NCBI RefSeq assembly: GCF_000172995.2
Contig: NC_014735.1
Coordinates: 120,001 to 152,000, forward strand
DNA: 32,000 nt
Origin: Halogeometricum borinquense DSM 11551
Lineage (GTDB): Archaea > Halobacteriota > Halobacteria > Halobacteriales > Haloferacaceae
Reading direction: 5' to 3'
The notes beneath the pieces were generated by a model, which saw nothing but the letters and a program-made list of their open reading frames with translations, had not been told where the DNA came from and searched no databases. This document shows, one piece after another, positions 25,499 through 32,000 of this stretch (its first letter is position 1; every line of letters starts with the position of its first letter). The translations under genes were made by a program, and so were the position numbers.

Positions 25499-26695
25499 TT
25501 ACTTACGCTCTCGTTCGATCTGCTTTCGCGCTTCAAAGACGGCATCGGCATCGACGGAGAGTTCGTACACGAAATAGGACCCACCCCGTTTACCGTCGTT
25601 GTACTCCGTTTTCGAGAGGAATCCTAACATCTCTAGCGTTCCGAGGTGATTTTGAATGCTCTTGAGACTCGTCAGTGGGTCGTACGCGTAGTGGTCTGCA
25701 ACTGTCTCGTAGACGTTGCGTATCTCCTTACTCCGCGACGGCGTTTTCTCTTCGCACTCTAATCTCGCAACGGACTCTAACACGAGTTGTCCGTGAATCG
25801 TCTGATCTCGGATTTTGTTCGTGACTCGGCCGCGTCTAACCTTCTCCCGAGCGTCTTGAATGTGTTCGTCGGTTACCATGCTGTCGCCTTCGGATTCGGC
25901 GAGGTCACCGCCCGTTCGGAGAAGGTCCAACGCCTGTCGAGCACCGCCCGTGTCCTGCGCCGCGAGTGCCGCACAGAGTTGGATCGCTGATTCGGAACAC
26001 GCGCCGTCGCGGAACGCCTTCTCCGCACGCTTGTCGAGAATCGACCGGAGTTCGTTCGCGTCGTACGGACTGAACGAGATCTCTTTTTCCATCAGCGTGT
26101 CTCGAACCTTCGGTGAGAGCGAATCACGGAACCGATAGTTGTTACTGATTCCGATGACGCCGACCTTGGATTCGGTGATGTGGCCGTTCGCTCTCGCACG
26201 GGGGAACTCGTAAAGTAGTTCGTCGGCATCAGAGAGATGATCTATCTCGTCTAACACGAAGAGAAACGTTCCGCCGATGTCGTCCATCTTCTCGTAGAGC
26301 GTCTCGAACGCGATGTTCGTTGATAGCCCCGTCTTCGGAAACGGATCCTCGTCCTCTCCTCTGAGTTTGTTAACGAGACTACGGACTGCACCGTACACGC
26401 TCCCTCGGTTGCAGTTGTAGATACGAACGTGAACGTCGTCCGCTTCCTCCCGTTTCTCAGTTTCCGCCTCCAACGCCTGAAGCATGTAGTTGGTGACTGC
26501 CGTCTTCCCTACTCCTGTCTTTCCGTAGACGAAGATGTTTGAAGGGTTCCGACCGAACAACACGTCCTTCAGCGCGTCACGGTACGCTCGAATTTCGTCG
26601 TCCCGCTCGAGGATGGTGTCGGGTTGGTAGTCCTCCGAGAGAACCTCCTTATCCTCGAAGAGAGTGTTGTCCATGTTGCTGAACGGCTGTGTCAT
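25499..26695 (-). CDS. orc1: Orc1/Cdc6 replication initiator
   Basis: The ATG at 26695 gives MTQPFSNMDNTLFEDKEVLSEDYQPD.... The track start at 26719 is a TTG. It has Walker A (YGKTGVGKTAV), Walker B (FVLDEIDHL), sensor regions (GISNN) and a C-terminal winged helix (HLGTLEMLGFL). It is flanked by ORB repeats. Confidence 0.95.
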   Translation of the reverse strand: MTQPFSNMDNTLFEDKEVLSEDYQPDTILERDDEIRAYRDALKDVLFGRNPSNIFVYGKTGVGKTAVTNYMLQALEAETEKREEADDVHVRIYNCNRGSVYGAVRSLVNKLRGEDEDPFPKTGLSTNIAFETLYEKMDDIGGTFLFVLDEIDHLSDADELLYEFPRARANGHITESKVGVIGISNNYRFRDSLSPKVRDTLMEKEISFSPYDANELRSILDKRAEKAFRDGACSESAIQLCAALAAQDTGGARQALDLLRTGGDLAESEGDSMVTDEHIQDAREKVRRGRVTNKIRDQTIHGQLVLESVARLECEEKTPSRSKEIRNVYETVADHYAYDPLTSLKSIQNHLGTLEMLGFLSKTEYNDGKRGGSYFVYELSVDADAVFEARKQIERERK

Positions 26696-26724
26696 CCTGT
26701 ACCGCCTTCTCACCGCCAACTTAC

Positions 26725-26730
26725 ATAAAT
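26725..26730 (-). promoter_or_regulatory. Candidate TATA box for orc1 (leaderless or short-leader transcript)
   Basis: The minus strand reads GGATTTATGTAAG, with TTTAT 30-35 nt upstream of the ATG at 26695. This spacing is typical of haloarchaeal leaderless mRNAs. Confidence 0.35.
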
Positions 26731-26797
26731 CCCTAGCGTCGTGTGTTTCGTCTGTTTCGTAGTACTCCTGTGTTTCACGAGCTAGGTAGTATATATT

Positions 26798-26820
26798 ACA
26801 CCCCCACCCCTCTTTTCGTG
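26798..26820 (-). promoter_or_regulatory. Inverted-orientation ORB on the orc1 side of the AT-rich element
   Basis: The plus strand reads ACACCCCCACCCCTCTTTTCGTG, which is the reverse complement of CACGAAAAGAGGGGTGGGGGTGT. An additional core-only half site lies at 26746-26756 (TTTCGTCTGTT, reverse complement AACAGACGAAA). Confidence 0.75.
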
Positions 26821-26849
26821 AGTAAATGGGATAGAAGGGGTGGGTAGAG

Positions 26850-26955
26850 TACCAAAAAATCTATTTGCCGGTACCAAAAGATTCAAATTATATGTATAGT
26901 TCTATTTCTAGAACTTGTTCTAGGGCTAGTTAGGGCTAGTTTTAGAGTAATTCAC
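26850..26955. other. AT-rich duplex unwinding element (DUE) candidate of the replication origin
   Basis: AAAAAATCTATTT...AAAAGATTCAAATTATATGTATAGTTCTATTTCTAG... is by eye the most AT-rich stretch in the origin locus. It is bracketed by oppositely oriented ORBs and contains a perfect 10-bp tandem (TAGGGCTAGT x2, 26921-26940). Confidence 0.7.
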
Positions 26956-27159
26956 TGGGATACAGCTTCACTAGGGATACAGTCCGAACAACTCAAACTA
27001 GATAGACGGATATAATCTAGTTGTTCCGAGAAGTTGGAAGGGTTGGTAACATCCTCTTACGACGGCAGCCGTGAGTTGTCTTCTCCTGTAGACTGGATAA
27101 TTCACGGTGAGTCCCGTGGTGATAATATCTGAGTTACGACAGGCACTATGGGGAATGTG

Positions 27160-27398
27160 AACAGACGAAACGAGGGGTGTCCAGGCCCCGGTACGGCACC
27201 ACCCCTTCGTTGGATCTAACAGACGAAATGAGGGGTGTGGGTCCTAGTGCGATGTGTTCCATCCCTTCCGTTTGAGCTAACAGACGAAATGAGGGGGGTG
27301 TGGGGTACAACTCGTGTTGCCCCTTACTGGTGAGTTAACAGACGAAAAGAGGGGTGGTGCCCGAATGTGCTACGATAACAGACGAAATGTGGGGGGCC
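27160..27398 (+). promoter_or_regulatory. Array of five direct ORB elements (AACAGACGAAAnGAGGGGTG-type core plus G-string)
   Basis: Copies lie at 27160-27180, 27218-27242, 27279-27306, 27337-27359 and 27377-27398. All begin AACAGACGAAA and are followed by a G-string. Start-to-start spacing is 58, 61, 58 and 40 bp. Confidence 0.85.
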
Positions 27399-27594
27399 GA
27401 CCGCTATCAGAATCGAGTATCACATCAGAATTATCACTCAGATTTAACTAACACTCACTAGCTTTCTCATCAGCTAGCCGGTCCGTTGACGTTCTCTTCA
27501 TCCACTTCGAGAGGGGGAGTCACGCCGGTTCATTCTCTGTGTCTGCATGTGGTATCACAGAACGGCTGAACGACTCTCCCGACAACAATCGATC

Positions 27595-27606
27595 ATAATT
27601 AATTAA
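27595..27606 (+). promoter_or_regulatory. Candidate TATA box for the aor gene
   Basis: ATAATTAATTAA lies 25-36 nt upstream of the ATG at 27631. This is consistent with a leaderless transcript. Confidence 0.35.
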
Positions 27607-27630
27607 CAACCTCAGGGTGTAGATAGATAC

Positions 27631-29292
27631 ATGCTCCACGCAGAGGGTCCGCTCTTATCTATCAATGTCGGGGAACGGGAGACGAACGCCGTCGATGTCA
27701 GCGATGTATTGGAGTCCTACATCGGTGGCCGGGGTGTTGCTACCAGACTCGCACACGAGCGCATCCCGTACGATGTCGACCCTTACGGTTCGGAGAACCG
27801 CGTCCTGTTTACGACCGGTCCGATGCAGGCGTCGAAAATGAGCTTCACCGGTCGGATGAACTGTACGGCTGTTTCCCCACTTACCGAGGGTCTCCTTTCT
27901 TCGAACGCTGGCGGATTCATGTCCCGGCACTTCGCCGCCACCGGCAACAGTGCCGTCGAGTTCGTCGGGGAGAGCGACGAACTCGTTGTCGTACACGTGA
28001 GCGACCAAGGAGTTGAGTTCGAAGCGGTCCCGAACCTTGCGGGGGCGACGGTGCCGGAGACGGTCGAATATCTTGATTCCGAACATGGAATCGGGGCGGA
28101 CCAGACAGCGATTATCGGCCCGGCAGGAGAGAACAGAGTTCGATTCGCTTCTATCATGACCTCCGAGGAACGTGCGTTCGGTCGCGGTGGACTCGGTGCA
28201 GTCCTCGGATCGAAGAACGTGAAGGCAGTGACGTTCGGCGGCGACTCCGCGCCGGACATCGAGATCCCGGACGAGCAGATGGAAATCCACCGTGAGGCGG
28301 CGACAGACGACCACATCATGAAAGAACAGGGCACTGTCGCGGTGATGGACCTCGCAAACGAGGTGAGCGGTCTTCCCTCGTACTACTTCTCTGAACAGAC
28401 GTTCGAGGGTGTAGAGGGGATTAACGGCAGCGCCGTCGCGTCGAAAAAATACAAGAAGGGAACCTGTTCGTCTTGCGCGTTCGCGTGCAAACTTCCGACG
28501 AAAGACGACGAACGCGGCATCGAAACGGAGGGACCGGAGTTCGAGGTGGCGATGGCGTTCGGTTCGAACGCTGGCGTAGACGATATCGTGGACGTGATGA
28601 AATCGAACCAACTGTGCGACGATTACGGACTTGATGCTATCTCTGCGGGGAACGTCGTCGCGTCCTATCTCGCTGCCGAAGACGAGTTCGGCAACCGCGA
28701 ACTTATCTGGGACCTCGTGGAGAAGATTGCCCACCGCGAAGGCGTTGGTGATACCTTAGCCGAGGGAATCGACCGCACGCACGAAAAGTTAGGTGTGGAG
28801 AATTGGACGGTCAAGGGGATGGATTTCGCCGCCCACGAGGGGCGCGTTCTCCACGGGCAGGGACTGTCCTATGCCGTCGCCAATCGCGGTGCAGACCACA
28901 TGTACGCGACGTTCTACTCCGTTGAGTATCCCTTAGTTCCCCAGGATCAAGCAGTTGATCCGGAGGGGACGCTCGGGAAAGCCGACACACTGATCGAACG
29001 CGAGAACTTGATGGCGCTGAACGACAGCGGTGTCGTCTGCAAGTTCTCCCGAGACTATATGACGCCCGAACGGTACGAGACGCTATTCGGCGTGGACTTC
29101 GAGGACCTTCTGAACGTGGGTGCGCGCACCGTCACATTGGAACGGCACTTCAACAATCAGCGCGGATTCAACAGGGACGATGATAGACTTCCGTACGAGC
29201 TGCCCGACTTCGAGACGGCACTCGACGAGTACTACGCAGCGCGTGGATGGACAAACGGTGGTGTCGTCCCGGACAGTCGAGTGCCTCCCTGA
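27631..29292 (+). CDS. aor: Aldehyde:ferredoxin oxidoreductase family (tungstopterin/4Fe-4S enzyme)
   Basis: 553 aa. It has an AOR N-terminal domain (YIGGRGVATRL, LFTTGPM). The 4Fe-4S motif is CSSCAFAC (C-x2-C-x3-C) plus a distal Cys (VVCKF). Pterin-binding-like blocks are also present (GADHM, DSGVVCKF). Confidence 0.88.
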   Translation: MLHAEGPLLSINVGERETNAVDVSDVLESYIGGRGVATRLAHERIPYDVDPYGSENRVLFTTGPMQASKMSFTGRMNCTAVSPLTEGLLSSNAGGFMSRHFAATGNSAVEFVGESDELVVVHVSDQGVEFEAVPNLAGATVPETVEYLDSEHGIGADQTAIIGPAGENRVRFASIMTSEERAFGRGGLGAVLGSKNVKAVTFGGDSAPDIEIPDEQMEIHREAATDDHIMKEQGTVAVMDLANEVSGLPSYYFSEQTFEGVEGINGSAVASKKYKKGTCSSCAFACKLPTKDDERGIETEGPEFEVAMAFGSNAGVDDIVDVMKSNQLCDDYGLDAISAGNVVASYLAAEDEFGNRELIWDLVEKIAHREGVGDTLAEGIDRTHEKLGVENWTVKGMDFAAHEGRVLHGQGLSYAVANRGADHMYATFYSVEYPLVPQDQAVDPEGTLGKADTLIERENLMALNDSGVVCKFSRDYMTPERYETLFGVDFEDLLNVGARTVTLERHFNNQRGFNRDDDRLPYELPDFETALDEYYAARGWTNGGVVPDSRVPP

Positions 29293-29921
29293 GTGGTCGT
29301 ATTGACCCTGTTTTCACGTCTACAACACAGGCTGTCTGGTTGCTCACTGCGTTGTTGTCATTCCTCCTTATTGATGTAGTGAACACAACTAATGAATGTA
29401 TTTACTGAACTTCATTCATGACTGTATCTCTATGTGCGTCTGCTAATCTGGCTACGTGCCCGGTGTTTGGTTCGGTATTCGGTGAGCTGTAGTTGCGTAG
29501 CTATTCTCTCAAGTAACCCTCGAAATACCTCAATTAGGGCCGTCTTTAGATAGTATAATTGTATTTAGTGGACAAACTGTGTTAACGACTTCAAATACTC
29601 TTTCTTCGAGAATACAATATTCTTCAACCCAAAAATTCATTTATATACTTTCCCAATTTAGTATATAATTGGTTATAACCACGAGAAACATCATAATATC
29701 TGTCTAACTAATTTGATTCTGGTAACACATTGTCTCTTTTTTAACGATGGTCGGCGAAAATCTGATGTTAATCCTGTTTGGGCGTGTCGTCTTTTGGCCG
29801 ATGGGCGCAGTTGCGCTTTCTCCCGAGTGCTCTGTATCTGTATGTACTACTCGTTCCCATAACATGTTGATTGGTTCACCTCTTAGCAACGTTCTTGTGA
29901 AAAATCACAAAGGTGTGAGTG

Positions 29922-31061
29922 ATGGATCCGCTGACACGACGGAAACTACTCGGAACCGCAGGTGCGGCAGTCGCTGGTGGTCTCGCAGGATGCTCGCAGA
30001 TAACCGGGCAGACGAACAACGGTGGCGGCGGAAACGACGAAACATACGAGGTTGGATACGGCGACTTTCAGACGACGATACGTAGTACCGACCTTCCGGA
30101 GAAACTCTACGTCTACTGTGTTCAGTCTGGATGGTCGAACTGGCCATCTCTTATGGACGCGTTCGAGTCGAAGTACGGCGTTCCGCTCAACGACGACGAC
30201 CGGTCCTCCGGAGAGGCGCTCAAACACATGCGGTCGCACGCGCAGAACGCCGACCACTCCGCCTACAACGGCGGCTACACGTACGGTATCATCGCCATGA
30301 ACGAGGGGTTCACCACCGGATACAAACCCGCTAATTGGGATAAAGTCCCCGAGAAACTGAAAACAGACAACGGCCACATGACTGCCACGCGGCGGATGAC
30401 TACGGCCGTCACCTATCGAAAGGATATCTATGAGGAGCGCGGGCTGAAAGAACCGGAAACGTGGGACGATCTTCTGCATCCGGATATCGTCCAAGACTTG
30501 GCACTTCAGACGCCGACTGCTGCGGTCGGTCTCGCAACGGCGCTGTCAGTCAACAACGCCCGCGGCGGTTCGCTCGACGATCTGCAACCAGTTATCGACT
30601 ACTACGAGGAAATCAAAAGCGGCGGTGCCGAGTTCACCGATAACTTCCTCGCGCAGTTCACGAAGGGCGAGTATGCGACGTTCCTCCGCTACGATTACTC
30701 GGGACTGAACCTCAAGTACAACAACGACGACATCGACGAGGAGAAAGTCGGCGTCGCTCTCCTCAAGGGCACTGACGGTTCGAAGGGTGCGTTCAACCAG
30801 CCCTACGGATTCGGTATGTTGAAGGGGGCACCGAATCCCGAGGCCTGCAAACTGTTCATGGACTACGTTCTCTCGACGGAGGGACAGCGGAAGTTCCTCG
30901 ACGCGTATGTGCGTCCGATTCGCGCCCCCGAATTAGAGATGCCCGACGAGTTCCCAGACCAGTCCACGTACGACGAGACGGAGTTCCAAGTCGATTATAC
31001 GACCCTCGTGGAAAAACAGGAATCTCTCATCAACGAGATCGAGCGTGCTGTGGGTCTCTAG
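29922..31061 (+). CDS. ABC transporter substrate-binding lipoprotein (Fe3+/thiamine/polyamine-type cluster)
   Basis: The ATG at 29922 gives MDPLTRRKLLGTAGAAVAGGLAGCS, a Tat signal plus lipobox, followed by a Gly/Asn linker. The fold class is inferred from length and general resemblance only. The substrate is unknown. Confidence 0.8.
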   Translation: MDPLTRRKLLGTAGAAVAGGLAGCSQITGQTNNGGGGNDETYEVGYGDFQTTIRSTDLPEKLYVYCVQSGWSNWPSLMDAFESKYGVPLNDDDRSSGEALKHMRSHAQNADHSAYNGGYTYGIIAMNEGFTTGYKPANWDKVPEKLKTDNGHMTATRRMTTAVTYRKDIYEERGLKEPETWDDLLHPDIVQDLALQTPTAAVGLATALSVNNARGGSLDDLQPVIDYYEEIKSGGAEFTDNFLAQFTKGEYATFLRYDYSGLNLKYNNDDIDEEKVGVALLKGTDGSKGAFNQPYGFGMLKGAPNPEACKLFMDYVLSTEGQRKFLDAYVRPIRAPELEMPDEFPDQSTYDETEFQVDYTTLVEKQESLINEIERAVGL

Positions 31062-31063
31062 TG

Positions 31064-32000
31064 ATGAGTACGCGACGTATCGCCCGTTCGTACGTTGGCG
31101 ACGCTCTCGGGAGGGCCGTCGCCGTCCTCGAACCCTTCCTGAGCCGTTTGCCCCAGCCAATTCGGGGGGTCGTCCTCCCGCAAACCGAACGCGAGCGTGA
31201 GCGACGCCGGATCGTCGGTCTCTGCGCCCCGTTTCTACTACTGGCGGCCGTTGCGGGTCTGTATCCGCTCGCAGAGATGGTTCGTATCAGCGTTTCGGAG
31301 GCGAAGTACGTCTCCGAGGGGTTCTCACTGGACGCGTATCACCAGTTGGTGACGAACCCATATCTCAGAGCGTCGGCGTTCAACACGCTGTGGTTCTCGC
31401 TAGGCACGACTGTCGTGAGTCTCGGCGTCGCAACCGCGACGGCACACGCCTTAGAGAAATACGACCTTCCGTTCGAGGGAACTCTCGTGACGCTGCTGTC
31501 GTTTCCGGTGAGCCTTCCGGGTATCGTCGCGGCGTTCATGATTATCGTACTCCTCGGGAACACGGGACTGCTTACGAACGCCGCCGCATGGTTCTCCGGT
31601 CAAAGTGCTATCGACCTCGCCGTTGCCACGGGAGTCGTTGGTCTATTCGTTGCGTATTGCTATTCGATGATTCCGCGAGCGCTCCTATTGCTTCGCGGGA
31701 GTTACGCCGAAGTGAACACGCGCGCCGAGGAGGCGGCCCGGTCGCTCGGCGCGTCGCCCGCTCGGACGTTCTATCACGTCACTCTTCCGCAGGTCAAGCC
31801 GGGGCTTATCGGTGCGTTCATCCTGACGTTTAGAACGGCGCTCGCAATCTTCGGGACGGTCCTCATCCTGCAAGCGATGCGAGTGTGGACGTACGAGATC
31901 GACTACGCGCTCTCGAACGGGTTCGATATCCAACTGGCGGCGGCGATGGCGACAGTGTGGTTCGTGTTCGTTCTTGGGTTCACGGTCTTCGGCCTCCGGT
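31064..32000 (+). CDS. ABC transporter permease, 5' part; runs off the window
   Basis: Absent from the ORF track because there is no stop in the window. The ATG at 31064, 2 nt after the binding-protein stop, opens a stop-free frame of 312 codons. It gives MSTRRIARSYVGD...LYPLAEMVRISV...NTLWFSLGTTVVSLG.... The EAA loop is EEAARSLGASPARTFYHVTLPQVKPG. Confidence 0.85.
   Translation, partial: MSTRRIARSYVGDALGRAVAVLEPFLSRLPQPIRGVVLPQTERERERRRIVGLCAPFLLLAAVAGLYPLAEMVRISVSEAKYVSEGFSLDAYHQLVTNPYLRASAFNTLWFSLGTTVVSLGVATATAHALEKYDLPFEGTLVTLLSFPVSLPGIVAAFMIIVLLGNTGLLTNAAAWFSGQSAIDLAVATGVVGLFVAYCYSMIPRALLLLRGSYAEVNTRAEEAARSLGASPARTFYHVTLPQVKPGLIGAFILTFRTALAIFGTVLILQAMRVWTYEIDYALSNGFDIQLAAAMATVWFVFVLGFTVFGLR

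Noticed and set aside
25228-25584. 118-aa minus-strand ORF containing LPFPS repeated many times
   Set aside because: The repeat is simply the translation of the (GAAGG)13 microsatellite. The ORF also reads through two ORB elements and overlaps the orc1 3' end. It has no start context or halophilic composition.
27160-27398. Regularly spaced repeats (about 59-bp period) that could be mistaken for a CRISPR array
   Set aside because: The repeats are imperfect (shared core plus a variable G-string) and match the ORB architecture next to orc1. The final spacing drops to 40 bp, and no cas genes or leader are present.
27655-28734. 359-aa minus-strand ORF
   Set aside because: It is antisense to the AOR gene, which carries clear family motifs. 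It is a highly Arg-rich artefact frame.

Overview
This window looks like a haloarchaeal (class Halobacteria) replicon segment. It is GC-rich, its proteins are very acidic, its binding proteins carry Tat plus lipobox signals, and it encodes a halobacterial transducer (Htr) and an Orc1/Cdc6 gene flanked by G-string ORB repeats. I support about 30 protein genes and found no rRNA, tRNA, CRISPR array or recognisable mobile element.

Gene content, left to right:
- 1-4679 (minus strand): partial YjbQ, a universal stress protein, a small acidic protein, and a copper-handling operon. The operon holds a small His-tailed membrane protein, a DsbD_2/TauE-like HCxxMCGP membrane protein and a FixI/CcoI-type Cu P-type ATPase.
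- 4779-8209 (plus strand): a divergently transcribed ba3-type (B-family) heme-copper oxidase operon. It holds a small subunit, CbaB, CbaA, a 69-aa membrane protein and a 220-aa CxxCxGP membrane protein.
- 8249-15416: a small membrane protein, a TVP38/DedA-type protein, a 982-aa dCache-HAMP-MCP transducer, a CNNM/CorC DUF21-CBS transporter, and a phosphoribosyltransferase plus dienelactone-hydrolase pair.
- 15726-20117: a complete CUT1-type sugar/glycerol-3-phosphate-like ABC transporter.
- 20236-25066 (all minus strand): a three-gene operon of unknown function ending in a 4-TM protein, an orphan siderophore/cobalamin-type binding protein, and a HEAT-repeat plus zinc-ribbon protein.
- 25228-27400: a replication-origin locus. 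It holds orc1/cdc6, an AT-rich unwinding element and 8-9 ORB elements.
- 27631-32000 (plus strand): an aldehyde:ferredoxin oxidoreductase, a 630-bp AT-rich gap, then a second ABC system (binding protein plus a permease that runs off the window).

The signals I rank highest are:
- The origin architecture: ORBs on both sides of orc1, paired face-to-face G-strings, and roughly 59-bp phasing.
- A perfect (GAAGG)13 G-quadruplex/polypurine microsatellite between the orc1 stop codon and two extra ORBs.
- The uncharacterised three-gene operon.
- The bacterial cbb3-assembly-type copper module paired with an archaeal ba3 oxidase.
- Two perfect tandem repeats in convergent intergenic regions.

All family assignments come from reading motifs by eye. 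No database search was run.
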